Shown: one piece after another, positions 42,310-55,671 of the stretch
How positions within the stretch are numbered: the first letter of the stretch is position 1
Layout: each line of letters begins with the position of its first letter
Assembly: GCA_030704615.1 (NCBI GenBank)
Contig: CM060734.1
Location: forward strand, 2,232,001 to 2,296,000
Source of the DNA: Takakia lepidozioides
Taxonomy: Eukaryota; Plantae; Bryophyta
Direction of reading: 5' to 3'
DNA length: 64,000 nucleotides
The notes under the pieces: generated by a model
Database searches by the model: none
What the model was told of the DNA's origin: nothing
Seen by the model: the letters and a program-made list of their open reading frames with translations, nothing else
Program-made: the position numbers and the translations under genes

Positions 42310-43630
42310 AGCAGAGCTATTTATGAGGCCCTGGAATACCACTCCAAGCCTGTACCTGCTTAAAAAGATTCAGCCTCGTTTCTATTTTATGGATCTTGCT
42401 TGTGTCTTGGCACTGAAATATCAGTTTCAAGCCAACACATGAAGCCTTTTTAGGAAGATGAATGGCTCAATAACTGGTTTATGTATGGCTTGACCCATAT
42501 CAACAAGAAATTAGGAAGCATTATGTAAAACATGCAAATGCTTAAGACATGTATGGCCTGTTGTTTCTATTTCAATTCAAAGTACTATGTGCTTGACTCT
42601 GGAGATTTATCTCCAGACCTGCAATCTGGTTTTTGAAATAAGGATACAATCTGTAAGTAAGGTGGTGAATGTTTTATGTCAAACCATGGTGCTTTCATAA
42701 TATGATTGACCTGGATTTTGAGTTACTTTTTATCTTGGCAGAACTGTTTATGAGGCCCCGTAATACCACTCCAGGCCTGTATCTTAAGGCATGTATGGCT
42801 AGTTGGTGCATTTCCAACTTGAAATGCTTTGAGCATGGTTCTGGAGATAAATCTCTAGACCTGCAATCTGCTTTGCAATGCTATGATACCTTCAGGCTGG
42901 CCATTTTTTGAGGGAGGTGACTTATTCATAAATTGGATTCTAAAACAGTAACCTTTATAGTCCAGCAAGTAGCCTAGCATGGCAGCTTTAAATACGTTTT
43001 CATGGCCTAAACCTGGTCATGATACACCTTGCTAGGTGTTGTGATATTCTTACTTAGATAAACTAAGCAAGAAAGTTGGTAAACTATTTTAGAACACAGA
43101 CTATATCATGAAACCATATGATGTTTGTTCTGTCTTGGTTTATGTCAATTTGTCACCAGAAAGCACTATATAAACTGGCAGAAAAATTTGTTGACTCAGT
43201 TGTTGCTTGAAGTGCCTTACTTAAAGATTTGGGGTACTATCTTCAGACATACATTTTGCTTTTATGTGTTGTACAATCTGCATTTATGCTGATGATTGGT
43301 TGATATAACCAAGCCTATTTCTACTATGAATGACATGGAATCTTAAGGCATATAGGGCTGGTTGGTGCATTTCAACTTTAATGCTTTGAGCCTGGTTCTG
43401 AAGATAAATCTCCAGACCTGCAATCTGCTTTTGAGTTGAGTCTACAATCTGCATATGCGATGGTAAATGTTTTATATCAAACCAAGTATCTTTCCTATGG
43501 TGAATGACTTGGAATCCCACCCAGACCTGCAATCTGGTTTTTGAAATGAGGTTACAATCTGCAAGTATGGTGGTGAATGTTTGATATCAAACCATGGTGC
43601 TTTCATAATATGAATGACCAGGAATCCCAC
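42310..43630. repeat. Degenerate dispersed/tandem repeat, four copies of a CAGACCTGCAATCTG-cored unit
   Basis: Cores at ~42614, 42856, 43412 and 43522 have shared flanks (TCAAACCATGGTGCTTTCATAATATGA; GTTGGTGCATTTC). 42311-42357 matches 42738-42784. Confidence 0.75.
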
Positions 43631-46600
43631 CCTCCCACCCTGTTTTTTCAGATACCCTGAATGTAATGGGATATTCAAATGAGATGGTAAACATGGAAGT
43701 GGTAGTTAGATGGTGCCCTGTAAAGGGCTGCTTTGTCTTTTGAATGACAATGACCTTAGTGGTCTTGTCCATGTCTTGACATGACATGTATATCTTCCCT
43801 CTCTGTTTTTTTTGTTTTTTTTTTGTTTTTTTTTGTGAAAATGGACTTGCCTTGTTAGGACAAGAAATAGGAAAATACCAGTCAGTAAGAGCTGGATTTT
43901 TCTACAAATCAACCTCCTGAAGAGGCACCATCATCACATTACCAGATCTGCAAGAAACAGTATAGGGTGGGAGGGTGGGGGATTGGATAGGATATCCCCT
44001 TTCATAATAGAAAGATATTCCCCTAAAGGTTGAATACAAAAGCAATCATCACATTTGAAATGGGCAATAATTTGAGTAAACCAGTTCATAGCTGGTTTTC
44101 ATGTCCATTTAAAAAAGAAGAAGATTAGAAGTAACTATAACATCAGTGTTATCTGATGTTAGTTACAATTCAACTGCAGTTTAATCCAAACCTACTGGGT
44201 GTAAATGTGTAATATTGTAGCTTTTTGTTTCATTGTAAATTGGCTCTGTTTACATACCAGAAGTCCCTGGTGTAGCACTCTTAAGCCTTTGAAACAGCCA
44301 TCAGTACGTGTGCCCTCAGCATTTAAGTTATGACAAGGGCTGCATTTTAAAAAGGAAAACCTCCATAGTAACCCCATTGCTATAAAGCCTATGGTTTGAT
44401 TACAGCTTTCAACATCACACCGAGTCCCAAGTTAAACTGCAACCAGAAGCCTTAGATGGAGCTTATCGTGGTTTGCAAGCAAGGTGTCATAGTATTTTGG
44501 CTTATACAAAATGACATTTAGAACCCACCCTGAATGGTGTAAATTCCATCGTGTCTTGTCATAGCATTCCTAGAGAAAACCAGAAAGAGAGCTCTTACAG
44601 TATTCCCTGGCCACCATGTACTACACGTCTGAAAGACAAACATGGCTATCAGTCTATATGTGACTGTAGAAAAACTCCCCTGTTTCTTCCGAGCAGCTCC
44701 ATCTGCAGGTGGCATGTCGTATCATCCAGTCTTCCATCTCTCCAATGCATCCTACATTCCAAGTATTCATAAAAAGCAGAAGACCCTCACCTGTCGCCCG
44801 TCCCAAAAACAAACACCACAGTGAATGTTAGTGAGGATGCTCAAGGTGCATAGCGGGTCTGCTGCGCTTGCGATCGCTTTCCAGAATGAAACCCTGAACT
44901 TGCAGCATACAAAGGAGACTTCAAGATCAAGTTTATAAAAAACGTTTGAGTTCTTGAGGGAAGATTATAGCTACTGACATGAAATTATACATAACGAGGC
45001 ATAGTATTATGTAATCTGTCTGCAGGGATTCCAAGCCACATAAACAGCCCCACCATTAGCATTTCATAAGAAATCCCAGGGTTATAACCAAAGGCATCCG
45101 TGATATGCTCTTTGCTGGGTTCTTCACATGCAAAACGCCCGGAGGGTTACAACACAAGGTAGCAGCGATGTACTCCCTGCTGGGATTTTCACCCGCTTTT
45201 GAGTTAGAGAAAAACATTCCCAAATGGTCGTTTATTGCACCTTGATAGCTTGCGGAAGAATTGCTTGTGACATGACTGATCTGAGCAGATCGCAGTAGAG
45301 CAGCAGCCACGCAAATCGCAATACACACCGAGCTATGCCGACTTGGTTCAAGTTACGAAAACCTAGCAGCTTCAATGGAACCAGTTTAAGAAAGTGTGTT
45401 CAAGAAATACTAGAGCCCTGGCAGCGCAATAAGAATGCCCCAATCTCTGTACTCTCATCATGAACAGGAGCGGGCGCATAAGGAAGGCTCGCTCATCATG
45501 GAAGGATGCTCCAAGATCTCTGAAAAAGACTTGCCAGTCTGGAGATCATCCCCCGAAGAAATCTTGTAGGGAAGCCTGCATATTCTTCATACAAGCAACT
45601 CCATTGCAAAATCCCTCGCTCCTAGTAGTTACACTGGCAGGTTCAGGGTGTCACGTTCCTGTTCCAGAAATGATTTAAAACAAAAACTCTCTGGACCATT
45701 CAGAGAATCCACTGTCCAGGAGATCAATTCCTGGAATAGTCATGACAGGAATATATATATATATATGACGCGTAACTCATGACAGGATACATAACGTACC
45801 TCAGGGGCCAAGAAATCATTGTTAGGCCATCATGGCAGCACCAGATCAGTCCATCTGTTCCAACATGTAGGTCTATATAGCAATTCGAGCAATTCCCTGT
45901 GGCAGAGAGGATTACTCATCCCATGCAGTACCCTGGTAAATTTACAGTGACATCGTCGGGCTCCAGAGCAAGTTAGAGTACAATTTCTGGATCGTTCAAA
46001 GAGCCCACTGTCCAGGAAAGCCACCTCTGGAAATATGTCATGTACCTCACGACAAAATATGTCATTCCATTATGGTGACACCATTTTTGCCGTAGCCATA
46101 TGTAAAATCTGCTCCAGGTTATTTTGTCAGAAAAATATAATCCATTCATCGTGACCCATAGGGGAACGATCTAGTTCTTTTCTTTTTTTCTTTTTTTTCT
46201 TTAAAAAAAAAAAGAACATGGGCTTTTGCCCTGGAAATTTTATTATAATAATTATTTGTGGGGAAAAAAATTAAAACCCCGTTGGAACGCCATAGAGGCA
46301 CACACACCGTAATCAATGAAGGTTGAACTGGCCTCCTATAAAAGGAGTGTATCATCGTGAGGACTACTAGCATCATCCTTGATGGATGAACAGACTCCGT
46401 TGGGCGGTAAAATAAACTAGACCGATATCCATCCATGCGTGGATGAGAACCATCCTCTCTGTTTTGGCTTACATGCCGAGAGAAGAAGTGCTTCTTGGGA
46501 ACCCTAAGCTATGGCGACTTAGGGGGTCGGACTGAACGAGCAGGAGTTCTGTAACCTACAGACTACTACTGCTATGTGCTTTTCGAGGTAAGTGCAATTA

Positions 46601-46639
46601 TTGAGATTGCTTTTGAAGTAGAGATGACCACACTACATA

Positions 46640-49600
46640 GAATCAGTGGGAGCTGCGTTGTCTAGCGGAACTTGAGCCGCACTGCCGTCTTGATGTGTCT
46701 CCAATTAACATTCCTGTCAAACTCAGGGGATGCCCCCATGGATTACTGTCCTGAGATTCCTCCAGGAGACTGGGGGGAGGGGTGTCCAGTTGCATGATGA
46801 TTGTTCGTGGATAGTGCAGAGGTGCCCGCTGACTGCCCATGTGGTCTGGAATGCTGCATGCAGACCGGCTGCGCTTTGGGGCCTCCTTTGAATATCTGCA
46901 CATAATTTTATCCAGGCTTTTCTTGCCTCAATCTGAAGGTCCCAGAATATCTTGGAGAGCGGTACAGACAAGGAGCATGTTGTTCCTGACAGTGACCATG
47001 CACATCTGGATTTCTAGATACGCCATAGAGTAGATGCTCGAAGAGACTCAAAGACTGGACATTGGATTGCTGTTGCTTTTGAGTTTGTGTTATAGATAAG
47101 TAACAGGTTGATGGGTGACAATGGCTGAGGGTCCCAGTCTATGTAGAGACCCTTCACCAAAGGCCAGATTTTCCTCGGTGCGTGGCAGCCAAGAAGGCAA
47201 TGTTCTAGTGTTTCCAGCAGGCTGGAAGTACAACATTTGCATAGAAGAGTTTCCTGGAATTGGAGCCATTCTCCCACCTTAAGAGCCCTGTTTGCAATTT
47301 GCCACAGGAATGCTGAAATTTTCCCAGGTCTAGTTTTTTGCCATATAGAGCTCCAAATGGCTTTCCAGTTTTTATTATGAAAGCCGTAGGATTGCCATCT
47401 AATGTTCCATTTGTCATGAAGGGGTTCCGGGGCTGCCATAGCTCTGTAGGCCTTTCTAGTGGTGTAAGCAAAGAAGGGGGTTGGTGACCCTTTGAATGCC
47501 CAACTACATTCTTTGGGGTCAAATTGCAAGTCCTGTAGAGGTCTTCCGAGGATCCAAACAAAAGTACAACTAGAAAGCCAGGCCTGAATGGGTATTGCAG
47601 GGTCTGGCTGTGGGTTCATGTCTTTTGTGGGGGAGGACCAACAACATATTCTCACCGGTGTATGAACAAATAGAGGGATGTGTGACCTGTCTTGGTTTTG
47701 AAGGGATAGGACCATTGTAATCGGGTGAATAGAGAATGGATAGCCCAGGAAGCCGTATTGAATTCTATCCACCATGAAGAAGACGAAGAGGGTGCTGTTC
47801 ACAATCCCTAGAGACCAGAAATTGGTATTCGGAGTTGAGCCTCCCAATTGTAGGTTTGCAAGCCAGGATGATGGAATTGACTCCTTAATTGCCTGATAGC
47901 CCCAATCAGCTGTAGCCTTACCCACTTTGAGAGCAACGGATGTGTGGTCTTTAAAAGAGTGGTTGGTCCAGATATCCTTGATTTGACTAACCCCTTCTTT
48001 GTCCCATGAAGACCATCTCTTTGCCTGGGATTTCTGAGCTTGCGATAGATCATTGTTGTTCAGAAATAAATGTTGCCTTAATGTTTCCTCGAGGGATAGG
48101 GGTTCCGATTTTTTGAGAAGGTGTCTTAGCCTTCCCCACGCTTGCCAGATGGTTGACCATGATTTGAGTTTAAATCCTTGCGTGACCCAGCGGAAGGATG
48201 GGTTCCATAGAGAGTGTTTGAGAGGCGAGGAGCTTTGAATGTTCCCCGCCACCAAGAATTTCCACCATCCCCCTTCTGGGCCGAAGAAACGTGGTATCCA
48301 TTTACCTAGCAGGGCCGTGATTTGTGTGTCTGGATCAATCAGGCTAAGGCCCCCGAACTTTTTGGGGAGACAGATTTGTTTCCAGGATACTTGTGGCCTT
48401 TTGCGATGGGAGTTTGAATCCTTGGCTCCCCAAACAAAATTTCTAAGAAGAGCTCTGATCTGCTTGGTTTGAGATGGATTAGGCCTCCATGATGAAGAGA
48501 AGAACCAGATGCCAGCCGAATGAATTTGATTGACTGCCAGAACTCTGCCTGTCAGTGATAGGTGCTTGGACCCCCATAAGGCAAGTTTTTTTTTAAATTT
48601 CGAGAGAGTCGGTGCAAAGCGTTGCTCATCTGTGAGATCCACTTCGAATGTGTAACCTAGGTATGTTGTGGTTTGACCTGGTTGAAGCCATGAGAGGCCT
48701 AAATGTGACCCCCATGATGGAATGGTGCCTATGGACGATGATGCTGTGTTCCCCACTAATATTGCACATGTTTTGGCCCAATTAACTTTGAACCCCGAAG
48801 CTTGACAAAAGGAATTCAGCGTTTCTGATGTACTATTGAGGTTTTGTGTGGTCGCTTTCAGAATTAGCAGGGTATCATCGACGAACATAGAGTCTTTGAT
48901 TTGCGCAGGCAGGTGGGTATGGTAGTTTGAGACCTGTAGTCTCAGGATGACTTGGTTGTTTTCTAACATATACCATGTGGTTGTGGTTTGGCTGGTGTGT
49001 GGGGATTGAATCCGTTCAGGTGAGGATTAAAATTGAGGGCCTGTGCTGCTGCTACCTGGTTTTCGAATGCAATCGAGAAAAAACCCCTTCCCTTATAGTG
49101 GCATAAGTGTTGCTTTAGCGCCCCTGGTCCACCCAAGTGGCGAAGCGCCCAGTCCCGGACATGGGCTCTGCCCATCTTTTTCCCCGGAAAGTGTACTAAG
49201 ATGTCTCTTTCTTCCAATGATTCCACTCTCTTACGCATCTGAGGCACATTCATGGAGATAAGATCCCATTCCCTTGCCATGGCTTCCTGCTCCTCCACGT
49301 CTTCCTGAACAAGGTATGCATGATCGTCCTGGGTGCTGTTGTCTATGGTATGCACGGGGTCCACCTGACGGTATGTACCTGCTGACGTGCTGGTTGAATC
49401 GCGCGCATTGGTGAGTTTGTTCTTCTGGCGGGTGGGTGATGAGGAAGGATCGATCTGGCCTGGTGGGCCACGAAAAAACCAGTGCCCGAGGATGGTTGAG
49501 GACGGGTGATCGGCGGGGTTCTGGAAGGGCAGATGCGCTTCCTTGAATTGGAGTTTCGGCGTAGCTGTGAGGCGTGGAAAGGACCCATCTCGGAGAGAAG

Positions 49601-49837
49601 AAAATCACAGAGGCGTGATAACAGAAAGCAAGAGAGTAAGCAGTAGGAACAGTGGAGCTGGGATAGATGAGCGCTGGGTCGAAGTGACTTAGAGAGTAAG
49701 TGCAGTGTAGCGAGAGAGTGGAGGGGGGGCAGGGGGGCTGGTATCAGCTTCTGAGGGGCCCGACCAGGTGGCAGGCGTGAAGTTAAGCGCCATGAAGTTG
49801 GCGGTGACAGCAGGGGCTTTGGAATCCTGATACGGAT
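46640..49837 (-). mobile_element. L1-clade LINE with internal deletion: ORF1 N-terminal part plus ORF2 RT end and zf-RVT
   Basis: ORF1 KGRGFFSIAF...AL (DUF4283-like, 48963-49364). ORF2 MFVDDTLL, SGFKVNWAKT, YLG, LSLTGR, VSWKQICLPKKFGGL, KISAFLW and CKCC....ETLEHCLLGC. The reading frame continues past a stop to 46723. Ends are approximate. Confidence 0.9.
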
Positions 49838-50907
49838 GGATGAGCGGGGCATATTTTTGACGTTTATCTAAAATTGAGTCGTTTGGGTAGCGATCATGGC
49901 AAAATGTGAATTCAATAAAATGGATGATGAGTTGTGGGGATGGTGAAGTGGGAGGTAAAGTGTTGATGGGTAGGCCATGTACTAGGAGTAGGTCCGGGAA
50001 AGCCTAGCTGGGCATGAGCATGGGGAGCGGGTACATATGCATGGTAGCAGCCATGGTGGCACGGCGTGGTCGGGTGGCCGACCTTGGTAGGTGCCAGCGT
50101 TCATGAGCGAGAACCATCGAGTTTCAGCATATTTTAAAAAAAACTTATGGAGGTGTCAGATTGCATGGTTGTGTCGCGTGATATGTAGGCCATGTATGAT
50201 CGGGTATGTACATTGGCTGAGGAGATGTGGCCAAGTGTCGCGAGCTTGATGGGTGGTTGAACATAGTGGGCAGTATGGGGATGGGAATAAGTGTGGCCAA
50301 AAGATGTGTTTTCGTTGGTGGCCCATGTATTGGGCGTACCTGAATTTACGTGTTTGTTGGATTTGTGCGTCAGTGGTAGCTTTGGTTAGCCAGAAGTGAT
50401 TTTGAGAATTTATGGAGTAAAATATCAGATTGAGTCCATTTTTGGATGTGTACTTTGGTATGGCTGATGGAGGCGGCAGCTTGTTTGTTTGCTTCTTTGG
50501 TCAGAGTGGTCAGAAAGTTGCGAACTGGCCTAGGTGCAGGCGGGTCTGGGATTGGGTGTATGAACCAAAAGGGATGGGTGTGAGCGATGTGGATAGGGTC
50601 GTTCGTTGGTACTACTGGGGGTTGGGAGGTGCCGAGTTGGGCGAGTAAGTCTGCTTCCTCATTTCCATGAATACCAGTGTGTGAGCCGACTTTGAGTAAA
50701 TGGACTGGGTGGTTTATGGAGGTGGCTTTTTGAACGATGGCGGCGATAAGGTTACGGTCGGGGTGATGGTGGTGGGAAGAGGGGCGGGAGACGTGGTTTC
50801 GGATAAGATATAGGGAGGTGAGGCTGTCAGTGAAGATATAGTATGGGGGGGGGGAAGCATCAAGCAGGGAGAGAGCGTCCTGGATGGCCATAAGTTCTGC
50901 TCTTAGG
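49838..50907 (-). mobile_element. Dualen/RandI-like LINE fragment D: RNase H, CCHC knuckle and restriction-like endonuclease
   Basis: LRAELMAIQDAL, IFTDSL and KVGSHTGIHGNEEADLLA. After a frameshift: KFRYAQYMG, CPLC.....DTWPHLLSQC, ITRHNHA, VPPWLLPC.C....C.C, PDLLLV, FIEFTFCHD and DKRQKYAPLI. Confidence 0.82.
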
Positions 50908-51954
50908 TGAGGGAAAATCCCTGGAACGAATTGAGAAACAGAATCGGTGGTGAAGAATGATCACTAGCAATGTCTATCGATATTCCTCTTGATGGACCAG
51001 AACTAATCCTCACATCGAATTCTTATCTGTTTCATTTATGCGCATTCTCATCATCTCATATGGTTCTTTAGTTCTTACACACAAAAACACATCCTCATTC
51101 CATCACTCCATTCTTCACGCGCACACAAAGTGAATTGCACTTCCTTTTTCTTCTTCTCATTCATAAATCACAACACCGCAAGAACGCAGTATTAAATCTA
51201 CCATTGCAGAATAACTCTATAATCTACCTCCTACTCACTCTACTCCCGGTCACGGCTCTCTGGCTCAATTGACACTTTCTGCTTCTCATTATCGCTTTAT
51301 ATAGCAGAGTATTTCAATAATTGTAATAACCGCTCAAAAACTCCTTCTTCCATCCTTTACAATTTTTCATCCATCTCTTCTATCATTCAGTCCAAGATAG
51401 ACTATCGACTGTATACAAGATATCGAAGAACATTGCTCTATCGCAGCAATATCGAAGGTATCGCAGGCTAGAAAGATATTAAAAAGTTTTGAAAATTGTC
51501 ATTAAGTCAGAAATTCCTATTATTCTACAAACATACTGGCCAAGTCTCAAAGCGAACCAAAATCATTTCAATGGGCAACCATCCGTTGAGCCATTGAATG
51601 AATTTTGATTGACCTCATACTAGTACGGGACCTGTTAGAGGGTGTCCCAAACGTAGTGGCAAAGTTTGAAAGCAAACAAAAATGATTTGGATGGGCAATC
51701 ATCCGTTCACCCGTTGAATGAATTCCGTTGGATCTGCTATTACTTTGGGACCTGTTGAACTGCGTTTCGCGCGCTTTTGATTTTTTTTTCATTCTATTTT
51801 TGAAGTGTATGTGTAATGACTCCATATGCAACGTGCGTGCCAAATTTGGGAGTGAACAAAATTCATTTGGACGTAAAACCACAGTTTCTTTCCTGTTTTG
51901 CACTCCAAACTTGATTTGTGTTCTACTTCATGCACTCTTCAATTTCACCCCCCC
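50908..51954 (-). mobile_element. Isolated ~1040-bp LTR (50908-51947) with adjacent PPT
   Basis: Minus strand reads AGGGGGGG followed by TGAAATTG...TTCCCTCA. It begins where LINE fragment D stops and has an internal ~120-bp duplication at 51549-51760. Confidence 0.6.
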
Positions 51955-52276
51955 TAAATAGACCAGCTCCTGGGGGAAGGCGGAGCCCGCCTTCCCGCCG
52001 CCAGTCTTTGCTAAATATCTTAGTCATGACTAAATCCATAGGGTTTCACCATTTTCCTACTATCCTCAAGGGCGTTACCTCTCTTTGTAGCGGATCCACT
52101 AACTTACCCCTAGCTAGGTGTTTAGCACCGTCTCCCGCCATAGCTCGTCCAGCGGCCCTTAGATCTGCCCTGCAGCCTCGCAACACCCCGGCTTTGCTCT
52201 ACCTCATTCATAAGACTCGCCTCTTCTCTATGCGTCTTTTAAGCTATCTCTTGCTAATCTTTTTAGCGATCTATGG

Positions 52277-53128
52277 GTGAATATGTTCTGCGACCGCTTG
52301 GTACCTCCTCTCTCGCCGGGCCCACTGCATCCAGCCTCAGGATGCTCGTTCCACCCGTCAACTCAAAGCTCACTACACCAGCAGCTTCGAAGGCCACCTG
52401 ACGGTGTATACGCTTATCCATGTTATGTTTACTTTCTCGATTCTTACTCTGGCGTTTTCAAGTTCCCATTTTTGGCGTTGGAAGGTCTACCACCCACCTC
52501 CTCTCTATCAGCTATGGAATGATTACTCTACAGTTATGTCTATAGCGGCACTCCACTCTACTTTGGGCGGACGGATTCTTCCCCACCCCCCATCCGGTGC
52601 ACAAACCGAGCATTCCCGTAAGGTGCACAACTTTCAAGCAATGGCATCTCTGACCTGGCGAATCTTATGTACTATAGTATGCCCATTGGGAGGGCAGTTG
52701 CCTATCTGTGGCATGAAGGCAAGCCTTATCATTTGGTCCCCAAAGTCCCAGCCAATCCGCCGGCTCCAGCAACCAGCAACTCAATGTCTACTCCCCATCA
52801 GGAAGCATACTTATCCCTCACTCATAATTTATACCTCTCCTTCCTTTATTACAATCGTTTCCACACTTCCTACTTTGCTATCTCTTCAATTCATGCCCTA
52901 CAGTGCCCACACATATCACCGCTAAAAGACTCTACTCAGTACTCAAGTGCTCGATCCTATTTGCCTGACTCACCCTCAAAATCCGCCCAACACCTCAGAT
53001 CCTTTGCTCAAAAACCCCCCCTATATAGGTCCCAGCCATCATCCAAGACCTTCTGCCCTACCATAACCCACCCACTCCCACTGCAGATCCCCACACCACC
53101 TATTTCATACCCTACTGCTGCACACTGA
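52277..53128 (+). pseudogene. Decayed ORF of unknown identity, possibly TE-derived
   Basis: A single frame of ~284 codons broken only by one TGA and one TAA. The sense strand is C/T-rich like the Dualen-like fragments. No recognised motif. Confidence 0.3.
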
Positions 53129-53550
53129 ATCTTCTCAGCCTGCCCAAGCTCTGGATACCGGCGTTGCTTCCCTATTGGCACCTTGTTACACATACAGCCT
53201 CTCTGCTCCTGCCCGCCGACTTTGCAAACTACACAAACGACCACAGTATTCTATTAAAGAAGTCCCTCAATTGCCACATTTCCTATACTCTCTCCCTCCC
53301 ACAGTTGCACTGCCCCGCCCTGCTTGATTACACAGCCACTTTGGCACCTCCCCCATCTCCTTTATACTACACCTCTCCCTCAATTCGCCCCAATACCCAA
53401 TTCACTTCCCCCTGTCCAGTTTCTGAGTACCAGCCATCCCCCATCTCAGCCCTGCGAGTTCTCACCCTCTACTGAGCCATCCATCCTTACTAGCTTGGTG
53501 CTCCCATCCCCCCCCCCACTTTCCCACAGCACCAGAACTTTTGACATGCA

Positions 53551-54691
53551 TCAGCCTCTACTGAGAGAGGTGACTTGCGCCTCCAAATGGCCCACCCGTG
53601 AATCAGACTGCCCAGTGGAATCTGCATACGAGTTAGTATGGGCAGCATTCGTATACTGTGGCACGGTCGGTGCTACTGCTGGCGTAGGGGATGTCGCCGG
53701 GGCGTATGGCCGTGCTCCTCCTACATATGACGGCATATAGTGTAGAGCGGGTTGGATCACCGCTAATGGCGTCGGCTCCTACGTGGGCTTGATCGTAATG
53801 TATGATGGAAGTGCAAAGTCGGGCATCTTGGCCCGTTGTACCTGGCGATGCTTGTTGTCGAACTCCTTGCCGGCTTGTATGGCATCTACCAGTGTTGCAG
53901 GTCTTTGCTGCAAAACATGAAAGTGAGTGGTCTCTCGTAATCCAATCAGAAAACAATCCTTCAGTACCCCATCATCTAGGGGGGTTAAAGGGTTTTGGAG
54001 TCGCATCAACTCCCGAAATCGCATTTCAAAGTCCGCCACCTCCTCTGTGGGGCCTTGGCGGATCCTGGCCAGTGCCATCAAGACACTAATGAACTGGTGG
54101 ACCGCTCGAAAATGATCTAAAAATGCGTCCCGAATCTGCTGCCAAGTGACGAATGTACCTAGCGCATGTTGCCAATACCAAGTGGACGCCCTACCCCTCA
54201 TGGTCGTGGGAAACCATAGCAACCAATAGGCATCGTTTAACGCTTGGTTAGAATAGCAACACTGAATAAAACTTTTCACATGATACTCTGGGTTTTCGTG
54301 TGCTTCCCTGGAAAACCAAGGCAAATGCTTGGGTAACGTTAACGGAGGCAAGCCTGCTGGGACCACAATAGGTACCTCAGGAGGTCCTGGAACATGTGCC
54401 ATCTAACGACGGCAAAGGGCTCCTTGACCTGGCCGGTGGTGTATAAGGGGGACTAGATACAGGGGAAACCACTCGTGAACACTCGATCTCTAAAGAGCTG
54501 TCAGTGTTCGCTCCTTCCCACTCTATCTTACCCAAACTTCTAGTTTCTGAGTCTGATTGTGGACTCAATGCTGGGTGTTTCCCTAGCAGTTGATCTCTGA
54601 CGGCTTCTCGAACCAGTCTCCTTTGCAACCTAGTATCAAAAGATATGCTATCCAAGCTTGGGAGTGTGGCTCTTGATCCTGAGCTAGACAT
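53551..54691 (-). pseudogene. Ty3/gypsy gag relic (Retrotrans_gag)
   Basis: LPWFS....ENPEYHVKSF...FPTTMRGRASTWY......TWQQIRDAFLDHF...IRQGPTEEVADFEMRF...FLIGL, with one frameshift and one stop. Confidence 0.85.
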
Positions 54692-54894
54692 ACACTCACT
54701 ATTGTGCTGATGAGGATTCTCCTACCTCAGCCTGTACTAAAGGACCTATATTACCTTAAACAACCATGTCAAGAATAAACGAGGTCAGATTTAAATACCT
54801 TCCATGGAACCTTGGCGATGGAGGCACGTCAGTGTGCAATTTCCCGTGAATTACCCAGTCTTCAGGTGGTCGGGGCACGTTGCAGTACCTACAC

Positions 54895-55671
54895 TCATCC
54901 AACCGAGGAAATAGCATGCACTAACTTTAATGGAATGAGAGGGAGGAAACTTGTGGGAATTTCCCGTGCAAAGTAAAATGGCGGCGGTTGTTCTGGATCC
55001 GCAATGACGCCTTTGGGAGCCGCTAAAGGACGTCCTTCAATCCAAGTGATGTCGTGTATGGTGGGCGCCACGTCCAACTGCCCGTTGGTGATCAATTCGA
55101 TGATTAGTGCTGCCTCACTCTCACTGCGATTGTTGTAAAATCTGGGTGGACAAATGTAGGTGATAGTAGTGTTCGGGTGAGGTAGGCGTTCCTCTACCTC
55201 CAGATAATCTTCTAACCCACACCCAAACAGCCAACACATCCAGTCAAATGGAAGATAAATAAAGCTCTTTTTGCTCAAAAAGGAGGTGGCCTCCCCAGAC
55301 CTCTGAATAGTGGGAAGAGGACGATGGAAATCGATGCCTTCGTCGGCGATGGTGCGACACAAGGGACAGCACCCTAAATACACCACTTGCCAGGCGAGAT
55401 ATGCCTCTAACGAGGATTGCACATTGAGATTCCCTAAGAAGGGGGGTTGGCAGCACCCGGGCCAACGTGTATTAAACCTGAAAAAGGAAGAGATGGGGGC
55501 AGTGAGAGCATTGTCCCCCAATGGCCCTACTTTGGCCGAGATCCAATACCCTCGGTACTATTCGGCGACGTCCAGTATGCGGCCGCTCATTAACCTGCAA
55601 ACTACGATTGCATCTTTGGTTCGCACTTCGCCGGATCGGGTGCTGGAAATAACACAGTAAAGACCCACCAT
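54895..55671 (-). pseudogene. Extra ORF upstream of gag (Ogre-ORF1-like position), unknown function
   Basis: ATG at 55671 is in frame with the 208-aa ORF, with one internal TAG. Same strand as gag and ~200 bp upstream of it. Confidence 0.5.

Noticed and set aside
46440-46600. First exon of a host gene (telo-box, ATG, GAG|GTAAGT donor)
   Set aside because: The ATG is followed by an immediate stop, and no downstream exons can be identified.
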